Part shown: one piece after another, positions 1-9,096 of the stretch
Layout of the letters: each line of letters starts with the position of its first letter
Position numbering within the stretch: the stretch's first letter is position 1
From: Chloroflexota bacterium
GTDB taxonomy: Bacteria > Chloroflexota > Anaerolineae > Anaerolineales > UBA4823
DNA: 39,151 nucleotides
Direction of reading: 5' to 3'
NCBI GenBank assembly: GCA_017860725.1
Contig: JAGDMX010000011.1
Span: 1-39,151, forward strand
Position numbers and translations under genes: made by a program
The notes under the pieces: generated by a model
The model's input: only the letters and a program-made list of their open reading frames with translations
Told to the model about the DNA's origin: nothing
Database searches by the model: none

Positions 1-124
1 CATCGCCCATCTCAGCTTGTATTTGCAGGCGTGCCTGGCGCGCCGAGACAATTGCCATCTCGGCCAGGGACAGCAACCCGTTCGATAGGATCAGTATCAA
101 AATTATAGCAACTTCAATCGCCAC
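1..124 (-). CDS. DUF21/CNNM-domain (TlyC/CorC hemolysin-family) membrane protein, N-terminal fragment running off the window
   Basis: Too short for the ORF track. The reverse frame from GTG 124..122 (GAGG 6 nt upstream) reads VAIEVAIILILILSNGLLSLAEMAIVSARQARLQIQAEMGD. A hydrophobic helix followed by S-x-AE-x-A-x-VS-x-R is typical of DUF21 N-termini. The frame stays open to position 1. Confidence 0.4.
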   Translation of the reverse strand, partial: MAIEVAIILILILSNGLLSLAEMAIVSARQARLQIQAEMGD

Positions 125-147
125 CAGGTGCCTCGCTTATCATAGTG

Positions 148-1320
148 TTAGTTACGCAGTATCCTGTCGTAAAAGTCGATCACGCGCTGCATGAACAATT
201 CGCTACCATCGCCCTGGAAAGTATGCGGCTGGTCAGGGTAGGTGAAACATTCCACCACTTTAGCAAGTTCTTTTAGCTGTTCACACAGCTCAACCGACCA
301 TGAAAGTGGGACCTCCAGGTCTTCTTGCCCGTGATGGATGCTGACGGCGCTGGCAATCCGCTCCAGGAAGTTAACCGGTGAGATGCGCCGCAATGCTTCC
401 TCCGGGGTCTGCAGCTCTTCCAGGCCGCGGGTGCCATTGGAGAAATAGCTGTAGATGCGCTCATAATTTTTCTGCTCGTCGCCGCTCATTGCTCCGTATA
501 ACACGGCTGCTTTGATTCCTGGGTCAACTGTAATGACACGGGTAGTGATTCCCCCGCCCATGCTATGTCCCCACAGCCCGATGCGCTCTCCGTCCGCCAG
601 AGCCAGTGCTCCTGGCTGGCCAGCGGCCTGGCGCACGAGCGCGATCAGATTCAGCACGTCGATTGCCATCCCCACCCGGAAGCGGTTATCGCCGTCATCC
701 GAAGGTCTGTAGCCACGCAGGTTGGGGTGTATGACGATATAGCCTGCCCGGGCCAGGGTATCGGCATAACCGGTTGTGTAATCCAGGGTATTATAGACTT
801 CCGGCTCGATGTAGCCGTGCAGCGCAATAATGACCGGAAATGGCGGACCGGGCCTGCCAGGGCGCTCTTGGGGTGTATTCATAAAACCGTAGATTGCCAG
901 GCTATCACTGGGATAGGTAATAAGAGTACGGGTGAAGTAGCTGTTGACTTCGATGACTTCCTGGATAGCCAGCTGTCCATTACCATGTGGGCGCTCAGAT
1001 AGATAATTGATGGTGTAGTTTTCATACGGATCGGAGGTGGGGGTTACGCTGGACGTTGGAGTTGGCTCCAGGGTCGGGATCAATCCCGGTGTAGAGGTAA
1101 CCACAACCGGAGTTGGGCGCACAGTGGTCGGTGCAGGTAAGGAGTTAATCGCTCTGGTAGTGGTTGGAATGACCGTTGAAGGCAAGCCGCCAACGCGGGT
1201 TGGGTCTACACTGCTGCAGGCTGTCAGCCAGGTCAACCCCAGCAGGCAGATGGCGACCCACCTCCAATTACCTTTCCATGACTTTGGGTATAGGTTGTTA
1301 AGGTTCGATTTACCAATCAA
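148..1320 (-). CDS. Secreted/lipoprotein alpha/beta hydrolase (S9 prolyl-oligopeptidase / dienelactone-hydrolase-like)
   Basis: 390-aa ORF. It has an N-terminal signal with a lipobox-like LTAC|SS, then a Pro/Thr/Ser-rich linker. The nucleophile elbow is GLWGHSMGGG (GxSxG) and a C-terminal His lies in QPHTF. The start is TTG at 1320, so the exact start is uncertain. Confidence 0.75.
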   Translation of the reverse strand: MIGKSNLNNLYPKSWKGNWRWVAICLLGLTWLTACSSVDPTRVGGLPSTVIPTTTRAINSLPAPTTVRPTPVVVTSTPGLIPTLEPTPTSSVTPTSDPYENYTINYLSERPHGNGQLAIQEVIEVNSYFTRTLITYPSDSLAIYGFMNTPQERPGRPGPPFPVIIALHGYIEPEVYNTLDYTTGYADTLARAGYIVIHPNLRGYRPSDDGDNRFRVGMAIDVLNLIALVRQAAGQPGALALADGERIGLWGHSMGGGITTRVITVDPGIKAAVLYGAMSGDEQKNYERIYSYFSNGTRGLEELQTPEEALRRISPVNFLERIASAVSIHHGQEDLEVPLSWSVELCEQLKELAKVVECFTYPDQPHTFQGDGSELFMQRVIDFYDRILRN

Positions 1321-1368
1321 TGATCAGTTTCCTATCTACCAATAAATATATCAATGGATGGCTATTTT

Positions 1369-2622
1369 CTAACGCAGATCACGGCCGGTATAGCCCAGGA
1401 CATGGCGGGCGACAATCAGCCGGTTGATCTGACCGGTGCCTTCATAAATATCGCTGATTTTGGCATCGCGGAACCATTTCTCCAGCAGGTATTCGCGGCT
1501 GTAACCGAGTGGCCCCATCAGCTCAACCGCACGTTGGGTAATTTTGGTGACTACATCACCGGCGCGCAGCTTAGCCATGGAGGCTTCTTTTGAATTTGGT
1601 AACCGGTTGTCGGCCATCCACACAGACTTGATCACCAGCAACCAGGCTGAGCGCAGCATGGCTTCCATATCAATTACTTCGCGCTCGACGGTGGTCAGCT
1701 TCTGGCGCGGCAGTCCATAACGAATGGTTACACCCTGTTTAGCAAGCATCTCCTTAAGCATTTCCAGTGCCGCCCGCGCCACACCAATTGCAGTGGCTGC
1801 CACGAGCGGGCGAGTGGCATCGAAAGTTGCCATGGCGCCCTTGAAGCCTTTGGTCGTTGGCTCACGCACGACTTCCGCACTCCCCAGCAAATGGTCGAAA
1901 GGTACACGGGCATCCTGCAATACAACAGAGGCCGTATCACTTGCGCGAATACCCAGCTTGTGCTCCAGCTTGGAGACAGTGACTCCTGGCGTTCTGGCTT
2001 CGACCACGAAAGCGCGCATCCCCGCCCGTCCGGCGCTGGGATCGATCGTTGCCCATACCACAACCAATCCATCGCTCTCGCATAATGACTTATGCCCGGC
2101 AGTGACAAATATCTTCTCACCGTTCAATATCCACTCATTGGTTGCCGGATCCAGCACTGCTGTCGTACGGATAGCAGAGGTGTCTGAGCCTGCCTGGGGT
2201 TCGGTCATCGCCATGGCGCCAAAAACAGGTTTTTCGCCGCGGAAACGCTTGAGGAACTTCTCTTTTTGCTCCGGGGTACCGGCTGCTTCGACCGCCGCCG
2301 CTCCCAGTCCACCGCCCGGTGTGACCAGATACATGCCGCAGTCGCCCCAGGCCAGCATCTCGAGCATATGCGCAAGGGACTGGTAGCCGAGGCGCGGGCG
2401 CTCTTTCTCTTCCTCACCTTCTTTCTTCTTGCGTTCTGTGGGTGCCAGCGAGCCTGCTCCGGTGGCGCGCATCGCCATGTGCATAAAGTTGATATAGTCC
2501 CAGGGAATTTCGTGCTCATGCTCGTCAAAATAGCGAGATACCGGCCGCATCATATTGATTGCCACCGTTTCCAAAGCAGTGTTGTTCATCACAATCGGCT
2601 TGGGGATTTCGAATTCGATCAT
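1369..2622 (-). CDS. Acyl-CoA dehydrogenase, catalytic-type subunit
   Basis: 417-aa ORF with ACAD-family sequence throughout. The C-terminal DIYEGTGQINRLIVAR contains the canonical catalytic Glu (YEGT). AGGAG lies 6 nt upstream of the ATG. An unusual charged insert, TERKKKEGEEEKERPR, sits near the N-terminus. Confidence 0.9.
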   Translation of the reverse strand: MIEFEIPKPIVMNNTALETVAINMMRPVSRYFDEHEHEIPWDYINFMHMAMRATGAGSLAPTERKKKEGEEEKERPRLGYQSLAHMLEMLAWGDCGMYLVTPGGGLGAAAVEAAGTPEQKEKFLKRFRGEKPVFGAMAMTEPQAGSDTSAIRTTAVLDPATNEWILNGEKIFVTAGHKSLCESDGLVVVWATIDPSAGRAGMRAFVVEARTPGVTVSKLEHKLGIRASDTASVVLQDARVPFDHLLGSAEVVREPTTKGFKGAMATFDATRPLVAATAIGVARAALEMLKEMLAKQGVTIRYGLPRQKLTTVEREVIDMEAMLRSAWLLVIKSVWMADNRLPNSKEASMAKLRAGDVVTKITQRAVELMGPLGYSREYLLEKWFRDAKISDIYEGTGQINRLIVARHVLGYTGRDLR

Positions 2623-2683
2623 GGTTTGACTCCTGATTAAGTATTCTACGGTTGCTGCCTATATTCCATTTGGATGCGTCCGG

Positions 2684-3778
2684 CTACACAATGGCCAGAC
2701 CGTTAAGCATGGCGAAGCCTCGGGCATTGCGCATCCACAGCTCGACGGGATGCTCACGGATGTACCCGTGACCACCCAAGATCTGCACCGCGCGATCGGT
2801 GACCATCATCGCCATATCCATAGCGCCAGTCAGCGCCAGGTAGGCCTGGACGCTGGCTTGCGGCTTACCGGTATCTACCATCCAGGCGGCTTCCCAGGTG
2901 AGTAGGCGGATGGCCTCGATCTCAGTGGCCATTTCAGCGATCATAAAGGCGATTGCTTGTTTCTGAGCGACTTTGACTCCGAAGACTTCACGGTCTTTGG
3001 CGTAATCGCTGGAATACTCCAGGGCAGCCCGAGACACTCCCACCGCCATGGAAGCCAATGCCAGGCGGGAGGCATCCAGGATAGGAGCGATGTCATGACC
3101 ATCCGGACCACCCAGGCGGTTGTCCACTGGCAGGCGCACATCGGTTAAGGTCACCGGATATACCGGCAGCGCGTGGATTCCCAGTAATTTCTGGCGTTGA
3201 CCAACTTCCAGGCCGGCTGTATCTTTGGGGACGATAAAACCCTGCGTTTGACCATCCAGGTTGGCGTAAACGATCATCGCCTCGGCATCGTTGGCATAAG
3301 GCACATAGGTTTTTTTGCCGTTCAGGATGTATTCGCCGCCTTCCTGGTAAGCAGAAGTCTTTAGATCATTCGGGTCAAAGTCGAATGTGGGTTCAATTAA
3401 GGCGGCAGTGTATGGCTGCCATTCGGCCTCGACAACTGGAGGCAAATCGGTTTGCTTCTGTGATTCACTGCCTGCCAGCAGAATCGGTGTGGCGAACAAA
3501 TTAGGAGTCAAGATCGCCAGCGCGCCTGCCAGATCTCCCCATGCCAACTCTTCGACCGCCAGAATACCGGTAACGGCTGATCGCTCACCAAAGCCCCCAA
3601 ACTCTTCGGGAATGGAGGCTTGTACATAGCCGAGTTCCCAGCCTTTTTCAATTAGCTTCGGCGGCAGGTTGTTCTCTTCATCAGCATCGTGGGCCTTGGG
3701 ACGCAGATCGTTTTGGGCAAAACGGCTGATGGATTCGACCAACATTTTTTGTTCTTCACTTGGCTCAAAAGAATACAT
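2684..3778 (-). CDS. Acyl-CoA dehydrogenase family protein lacking the catalytic glutamate (putative non-catalytic partner subunit)
   Basis: 364-aa ORF with ACAD-like sequence (GFGERS, TYVPYA, GGHGYIREHPVELWMRNAR). The position equivalent to YEG reads LNG and the protein ends 6 aa later. The alternative IVD-type Glu position reads LDASR. GGAAGGAG RBS. Confidence 0.85.
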   Translation of the reverse strand: MYSFEPSEEQKMLVESISRFAQNDLRPKAHDADEENNLPPKLIEKGWELGYVQASIPEEFGGFGERSAVTGILAVEELAWGDLAGALAILTPNLFATPILLAGSESQKQTDLPPVVEAEWQPYTAALIEPTFDFDPNDLKTSAYQEGGEYILNGKKTYVPYANDAEAMIVYANLDGQTQGFIVPKDTAGLEVGQRQKLLGIHALPVYPVTLTDVRLPVDNRLGGPDGHDIAPILDASRLALASMAVGVSRAALEYSSDYAKDREVFGVKVAQKQAIAFMIAEMATEIEAIRLLTWEAAWMVDTGKPQASVQAYLALTGAMDMAMMVTDRAVQILGGHGYIREHPVELWMRNARGFAMLNGLAIV

Positions 3779-3816
3779 GTTTTTATCTCCTTCCTTGACT
3801 TGCAGTCCGATAGTAG

Positions 3817-4893
3817 TCAGATGAACGAATTGAAATTCGGAACAGATGATTGCTGGTAATGGATTGAGGTTGAGTGGTCGCTTTGCTCAATTTCCGCCAG
3901 ATTTTGAATACCCAGCATACCTCGCTGATACAGGTATTCAACATGAGCACCGGCCTCTTCAATTGCCAGCAGCGCAGTGTATCCTTCTGGCTCGCCAAAT
4001 AACTGCTGGGATACTTGTGCAATCGTCCGTGGCACGGAGAACAGCTCCAGCACACGCCTCAAACGCTCACTATGCAGCTTGCGAATTTCGCCAATACGTT
4101 CCGGCAGGTTTGTTATGGGATCTTTATGCCCACCGAGTGTCAATGGGATATCACCCGCCCAGGCCTGCAGGATATCCAGGGATCTCAAGTAGTGATCGAG
4201 CCCCGTAGATAAAGTCAAGCGTTCCGGTGATTGGTGCGGGCTGGTTTGACTCAGTACATGGTCGCCGCTGAACAGTACATTATGCAGGCGGATGGCAACG
4301 TGCCCGGCGCAGTGACCCGGGACATGCAGCATCTCGAAAGGACCAAGCTGCATCCCAATGGCTTCATACGTGAAATCCACACGGACTGAGTGATACAGGC
4401 TCTTTGTCGATTTGTACAGCTCAATCATCTGGAAACGCTGCTCTTCTGAAACACCAGCTTCCGTCAGGAATTCGTTGAGACGGCGAGCGACAACTGCAAT
4501 CCGCTCTTCGTAGTGGGTTAGGTTGCGCAAATCCAGCTCGTGCACCCCAATCATGGCAGGCGTGCGGCTGCGCACATAAGATAGGCCGCCGAAATGATCG
4601 ATGTGTCCATGGGTGATCAGGATATGCGTCAGCTTATCCAGTGTTATCGGCTCTCCAATCTGGGTGGAGATGGCTTGCAGGCCTTTTTCCAGGTTTTGAT
4701 TTGAGCTGCCAAATCCCGAACCGGTGTCGATCAAAACCCTCAGCCTGCCCAGATACGGATCATCGAAAAGCACCAGGTAGGCATAGCCGGACAGCGTCGG
4801 GAAGAGCTGCAGCGGGATTTGGAAGATCGATGCTCCGCCATTGGTCTCGAAGCGCCGCAGGTTCAGCTCAGTGGGTGGGGATGTAATCATCAT
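3817..4893 (-). CDS. MBL-fold metallo-hydrolase
   Basis: 358-aa ORF. It has the HxHxDH motif ITHGHIDHFGG plus downstream His/Asp ligands (VPGHCAGH, SGDHV, GGH). Confidence 0.85.
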   Translation of the reverse strand: MMITSPPTELNLRRFETNGGASIFQIPLQLFPTLSGYAYLVLFDDPYLGRLRVLIDTGSGFGSSNQNLEKGLQAISTQIGEPITLDKLTHILITHGHIDHFGGLSYVRSRTPAMIGVHELDLRNLTHYEERIAVVARRLNEFLTEAGVSEEQRFQMIELYKSTKSLYHSVRVDFTYEAIGMQLGPFEMLHVPGHCAGHVAIRLHNVLFSGDHVLSQTSPHQSPERLTLSTGLDHYLRSLDILQAWAGDIPLTLGGHKDPITNLPERIGEIRKLHSERLRRVLELFSVPRTIAQVSQQLFGEPEGYTALLAIEEAGAHVEYLYQRGMLGIQNLAEIEQSDHSTSIHYQQSSVPNFNSFI

Positions 4894-4900
4894 CGGTCAG

Positions 4901-5464
4901 CTAACGCGCCAAGAGTCCATTTAAAAACAGACCTGCGAATTGATCGGCAATCTCCTCAGGGGTTAGTTCCCCATCTGGTCGGTACCAGGTGATCGTCCAG
5001 TTCATCACCCCTAACAGCGCTCTGGAAGAGGTTGCCGGGTCAGTGCAGCAAAAGTATCCCTGATCAAGCCCTTCTTGAATCAAATCCCGCCATAAACGCT
5101 CGAAACGGTCACGATGCGGGATATGGCGGGATTTTAAATCGGGTTCTAGCGACCTGTGCTCCAGGAGCAGGACAACTGCCAGGTCGCGATGTTCTAGCAT
5201 AGATTGCAGGTACGTGCACATCGCCTGGCGAAGCTTTTCATCTGGGGGTAGATTTAGCCCCATCACTTGTTTCATATGTTCGATAAGCATTTCCAGGGTT
5301 TGGTCCAGCACATCTACCAGCAGCTCCTGCTTGCTGTGAATGTGGTAGTACAGGCTTGCTTTTTGCAGATTGACTGCTTCTGCGATATCCTGCATGGAAG
5401 TACCGTGGTAGCCTTTTTGGCTGAAAATTTGAGCAGCGGCCTCGAGAATGACATCACGGTTCAT
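4901..5464 (-). CDS. TetR/AcrR family transcriptional regulator
   Basis: 187-aa ORF. The N-terminal HTH is AAAQIFSQKGYHGTSMQDIAEAVNLQKASLYYHIHSKQELL. GGAGGG RBS. It is the first gene of the minus-strand operon. Confidence 0.9.
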   Translation of the reverse strand: MNRDVILEAAAQIFSQKGYHGTSMQDIAEAVNLQKASLYYHIHSKQELLVDVLDQTLEMLIEHMKQVMGLNLPPDEKLRQAMCTYLQSMLEHRDLAVVLLLEHRSLEPDLKSRHIPHRDRFERLWRDLIQEGLDQGYFCCTDPATSSRALLGVMNWTITWYRPDGELTPEEIADQFAGLFLNGLLAR

Positions 5465-5472
5465 AAGCCCTC

Positions 5473-5490
5473 CTACCGAACGGTCGGTAG
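5473..5490. promoter_or_regulatory. Inverted repeat CTACCGA-N4-TCGGTAG, candidate TetR operator
   Basis: Perfect 7-bp arms lie between the putative -10 and the RBS of the tetR gene, 8 nt from its start codon. Confidence 0.35.
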
Positions 5491-5494
5491 AATA

Positions 5495-5523
5495 AGGATA
5501 CCCAATATTCGATCCAACGTCAA
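5495..5523 (-). promoter_or_regulatory. Candidate sigma70-type promoter of the tetR operon (TTGACG-N17-TATCCT)
   Basis: On the reverse strand, TTGACG (5523..5518) is followed by a 17-nt spacer and TATCCT (5500..5495). It lies directly upstream of the palindrome and RBS. Confidence 0.3.
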
Positions 5524-5664
5524 GGATTCGAACCTTAAAATATGACGCAGTGCGTAATAACTACATATATTTTATCATGACAAACTGAGATCAGCCTGTT
5601 CAATCCTGTCTTTCAAGCGGCTGTGCTATACTTGCCAGCACTTCTGTTTTGGTGCGATGATTAA

Positions 5665-7023
5665 TTGAACCTGCCATCCATGCCGTACACGCGAATACTT
5701 AAGACCTGGTGGCCACTGGCCGCCAGCTGGTTATTGATGGGTGCCGAGTTGCCTGCTCTGATCGCAGTTGTCGCCCGTCTGCCTGATCCGGCGATCAACC
5801 TGGCAGCTTATGGCGGGGTGGTTTTCCCGTTGGCGTTGATTATCGAAGCGCCGATTATTATGCTTCTGGCTGCTTCGACCGCACTGAGCAAAGATTTGCC
5901 CTCCTATCAGTTAATCCGCAGGTTTATGATGTGGGCAGGCGGCCTGCTGACCGGTTTGCATATCCTGGTCGCCTTTACGCCTCTGTATTATTTTGTTGTA
6001 GAAACCGTAATTGGGGTGCCGCAGGAGATTGTTGAGCCAGCACGGATCGGTTTGATGATTATGACCCCCTGGACCTGGTCGATCGCATACCGGCGATTCA
6101 ATCAGGGTGTGCTGATCCGTTTTGGACGCTCTCAGACAGTGGGAGTGGGAACGGTTATTCGTTTGGGCGCCGACCTGCTGGTGCTGGCAGTCGGGTATGC
6201 AATTGGGACGATCCCAGGGATTGTTGTGGCAACTAGCGCGGTGGCGGCTGGGGTAATGTGCGAGGCGCTGTATGTAGGGCTGGTGGTCCGTCCAGTAAGG
6301 CAAGGACCGCTAAAAGATGCTCCAGCCGTGACACCACCTTTGACCTGGCAAGCCTTTAGAAAATTCTACGTGCCGCTGGCGACAACCTCGTTGTTAATGC
6401 TTCTGGCGAATCCGATTGGCAGCGCGGCCATCAGCCGCATGCCGCAGGCACTTAACTCTCTGGCAGTCTGGCCGGTGGTTACCGGGTTAATCTTTATGCT
6501 GCGCAGCCTGGGCATTGCTTACAACGAGGTGGTAGTTGCCTTATTGGATGAACCACACTCCAGTCTCAGTCTACAGCGCTTTGCCTGGATACTTAGCATC
6601 ATCAACACGTTGATCCTTTTCCTGGTAGCTGCTACACCTTTATCGATACTTTGGTTTGGGCGGATATCCGGACTGCCCCCTGAGTTAGCCGAAATGGCCC
6701 GGATCGGCTTGTTGTTTGCGCTGCCTTTACCGGCGCTGAGTGTGATGCAGAGCTGGTACCAGGGGATGATCCTTTTTGGCCGACAAACCAGGGGCATCAC
6801 TGAGTCGGTAGGTATTTACCTGCTCACCAGTGCCTTGATTTTAGGGGCGGGGGTAATCATAGGTGGCTTTACCGGTTTGTATATAGGCTTATTAGGCTTA
6901 GTTGCCAGCGTTTTCACCCAAACACTATGGCTATGGCTGCGCAGCCAGCGGGTTTGGGGTGCATTGCAGATACGCGACAGCATAATTCCAGCCCTGCCCA
7001 CGAGCCAGCAATCTATCGATTAG
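5665..7023 (+). CDS. Polytopic membrane protein, MATE/MOP-flippase-superfamily-like (function unknown)
   Basis: 452-aa ORF with about 12 hydrophobic segments and no soluble domain. The track start is TTG; an ATG at 5680 (MPYTRILK) is an alternative start. The family assignment is only a resemblance. Confidence 0.5.
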   Translation: MNLPSMPYTRILKTWWPLAASWLLMGAELPALIAVVARLPDPAINLAAYGGVVFPLALIIEAPIIMLLAASTALSKDLPSYQLIRRFMMWAGGLLTGLHILVAFTPLYYFVVETVIGVPQEIVEPARIGLMIMTPWTWSIAYRRFNQGVLIRFGRSQTVGVGTVIRLGADLLVLAVGYAIGTIPGIVVATSAVAAGVMCEALYVGLVVRPVRQGPLKDAPAVTPPLTWQAFRKFYVPLATTSLLMLLANPIGSAAISRMPQALNSLAVWPVVTGLIFMLRSLGIAYNEVVVALLDEPHSSLSLQRFAWILSIINTLILFLVAATPLSILWFGRISGLPPELAEMARIGLLFALPLPALSVMQSWYQGMILFGRQTRGITESVGIYLLTSALILGAGVIIGGFTGLYIGLLGLVASVFTQTLWLWLRSQRVWGALQIRDSIIPALPTSQQSID

Positions 7024-7036
7024 TGATAGTCTTGCT

Positions 7037-7657
7037 ATGCAATCTATCCTCGCTTTCTTTGCACAGGGTGCAGCGATCGGCTTAACGGCAGCCGGATCGC
7101 CGGGTCCTTTACTCACTTACCTGATCTCTCGAACGCTGAGTCGAGGCTGGCGGCAAGGTGCGATCGTTGCCCTGGCGCCCTTGATCAGCGACCCGCCGAT
7201 TGTGATCGTGATTGTGCTGCTGTTGGATCAAATGCCGGCCAATTTTTTGCGCGTGGTCAGCGTACTGGGCGGTTTTTATGTACTATACCTGGCCTGGGGG
7301 CTCCTGCGTCAGTGGCGGTCGGGTAGCCAAAACGAGCCTGACCTGGAAGGTGCTCAAAATAGCAGCTTACGCAAAGCAATCACAATGAACTTGCTAAGCC
7401 CTGGTCCTTATACCTTCTGGACTCTGGTTAATGGTCCAATCTTGTTATCTGCTTTGGAAGAGTCTATCTGGGCCGGGATCGGATTTCTATTGGGGTTCTA
7501 TGGTGTGTTTATCGGAGGTATGATAGGCATCGCCCTGGTTTTCGACCAGGCCCGTCGTCTTGGCCCGCGTGTGGTGCGCGGCTTAATCCTGGCCAGTATC
7601 TTGATCCTGATCCTGTTTGGTGGTCTATTAATCTGGCGAGGCCTGATGGGAGGTTGA
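7037..7657 (+). CDS. LysE/RhtB family amino-acid exporter
   Basis: 206-aa ORF with 6 TM-like segments. The N-terminal GAAIGLTAAGSPGPLLTYLISRTL carries the family PGP motif. Confidence 0.8.
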   Translation: MQSILAFFAQGAAIGLTAAGSPGPLLTYLISRTLSRGWRQGAIVALAPLISDPPIVIVIVLLLDQMPANFLRVVSVLGGFYVLYLAWGLLRQWRSGSQNEPDLEGAQNSSLRKAITMNLLSPGPYTFWTLVNGPILLSALEESIWAGIGFLLGFYGVFIGGMIGIALVFDQARRLGPRVVRGLILASILILILFGGLLIWRGLMGG

Positions 7658-7680
7658 TATTAGAACAGGTGTGTTATAAT
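7654..7680 (+). promoter_or_regulatory. Candidate extended -10 promoter (TGtTATAAT) for the 7722 gene
   Basis: TGTTATAAT lies at 7672..7680 with TTGATA at 7654..7659. GGGAGG RBS precedes the ATG at 7722. Confidence 0.35.
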
Positions 7681-7721
7681 CGCCACTACTCTTAATCCGC
7701 ACAATAGTCTGGGAGGCTAAG

Positions 7722-8930
7722 ATGAGCGCAGAAAAGCTAGTTTTTGAACAATTAAGAGCATGCCCGGCGGCACATGTGTACCAGGCGTTCACCAACTCAA
7801 CCATGCTTCGAAAATGGATGTGTGACGTGGCTACGGTATCCCCGAAACCGGGCGGCCGTTTTTATGCGGCCTGGATTAATGGATTCTATACCAGTGGGGA
7901 ATACACGCGTCTGGAAGCCGATCGCTTGGTGGGTTTCCAGTGGTTCGGGCGGGGAGATCCTGCCCCCACCCAGGTAGAGGTTACGTTCAATGCCAAGGAA
8001 AATAGCACCCTGCTTCATCTCGAGCATCGTGGATTGGGGGTTGGAGAGGAATGGGATACTCCGCGTGTGGAGATAGAGAAGGGGTGGAATAAATTCCTGG
8101 AGAATCTTGCTGCTGTGGTCGGCAGTGGAGAAGATTTGCGCATCACCCGCCGCCCGATGCTGGGAGTCCTGTGGGGTGAGTTCACTCCAGAAACCGCCCA
8201 GAAGATGGGCGTGCCCGTCACCAAAGGTGTGCGTTTAGGGGGAGTGGTCGAAGGATTAGGCGCATACAATGCCGGACTGCACAAGGACGACGTGTTGGTT
8301 AGCCTGGATGGACAGGCTATGGAAGGATGGGATGATCTGGCGCCAGTCCTCCAGCGCCATCGCGCCGGCGATAAGATCGAGGTGACATTCTATCGGGGAG
8401 CAGAGCGCAAACAGATCGAGCTTGAGCTGGCCCGCCGGCCAATGCCAGAAATCCCGTCGACAATCGAAGGGCTGGCTGCGGCGATCAAGCGGACTTATGA
8501 GGGGTATAGTTCTGAGATCGATAAAGTATTGGGTGGCGTAACCGATGAGGAAGCAGCTTATCGACCGTCTCCTGATGAATGGGGCATGCGAGAAATCCTG
8601 ATGCATCTAATTCAATCTGAACGCTATGAGCATGCCAATATTGTTGACATCGTGAACGGGCATGAACCCTGGCAAGAAGACTTCACTGAGGATGATAGAT
8701 TCCATATTACAGGGATGCTGGCAGCATATCCAAAACTGAAAGACCTGGTTAATGAGCTCAAGCGCGTGTACGCAGAGACGATCGGATTGTTTGGGGCGCT
8801 GCCGAAGGATTTACCAGAGAACAAGGCGCGCTACTGGTTTCTTGCTTATAACAGCCTGCAGCCACCTTATCATTTCCAGGAGCACATCGGGCAAATCCAC
8901 TCGCTGATCGCAGCCGCTCGTGGTGGTTAA
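7722..8930 (+). CDS. Three-domain fusion protein: SRPBCC/AHSA1-like + PDZ + DinB-like
   Basis: 402-aa ORF. The N-terminal part (FTNSTMLRKWM..GGRFY..F..EYTRLE) is AHSA1/SRPBCC-like. The middle part GVRLGGVVEGLGAYNAGLHKDDVLVSLDGQAM..GDKIEVTFYRG is PDZ-like. The C-terminal part (AAYRPSPDEWGMREILMHLIQSERYEH...HFQEHIGQI) resembles a DinB_2 four-helix bundle. Confidence 0.7.
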   Translation: MSAEKLVFEQLRACPAAHVYQAFTNSTMLRKWMCDVATVSPKPGGRFYAAWINGFYTSGEYTRLEADRLVGFQWFGRGDPAPTQVEVTFNAKENSTLLHLEHRGLGVGEEWDTPRVEIEKGWNKFLENLAAVVGSGEDLRITRRPMLGVLWGEFTPETAQKMGVPVTKGVRLGGVVEGLGAYNAGLHKDDVLVSLDGQAMEGWDDLAPVLQRHRAGDKIEVTFYRGAERKQIELELARRPMPEIPSTIEGLAAAIKRTYEGYSSEIDKVLGGVTDEEAAYRPSPDEWGMREILMHLIQSERYEHANIVDIVNGHEPWQEDFTEDDRFHITGMLAAYPKLKDLVNELKRVYAETIGLFGALPKDLPENKARYWFLAYNSLQPPYHFQEHIGQIHSLIAAARGG

Positions 8931-8955
8931 GCAAATATAGATTCCCTGAAGTTTT

Positions 8956-8995
8956 CCGGGGTTCGTATTGGATAGTTGTCCTTGGCGAACCCCGG
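8956..8995 (+). terminator. Hairpin downstream of the 7722..8930 gene (possible terminator)
   Basis: CCGGGGTTCG (8956..8965) pairs perfectly with CGAACCCCGG (8986..8995), and there is an inner GGA/TCC pairing. The trailing T-tract is weak (CTCATTTCTG), hence the low confidence. Confidence 0.3.
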
Positions 8996-9096
8996 CTCAT
9001 TTCTGCACCCTGCGGGTATAATTGCGAGAATGGTTGTCGCATTATAGTGTGCATTGACTTGCGAGTCTCCCGGCTTTTCCGATTAATAAAGGAAAT

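Noticed and set aside
565-2386. Long antisense ORFs opposite real genes (for example 565..1002+, 1724..2386+, and also 8758..9288-, 10836..11357-, 23364..23828+, 26958..27518+).
   Set aside because: Their composition is Arg/Ser/Pro/Ala-biased, as expected for shadow frames of GC-rich genes. They have no motifs and no RBS, and each is fully nested in a well-supported CDS on the other strand.
5515-5550. A tRNA-like motif: the reverse strand reads AAGGTTCGAATCCTT (a perfect T-arm/T-loop consensus), enclosed by a CGTCA/TGACG pairing.
   Set aside because: The roughly 50 nt upstream on that strand are AT-rich and give no D-arm, anticodon arm or 5' acceptor strand. There is no CCA context either. 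It overlaps the putative tetR promoter and is most likely a chance match.
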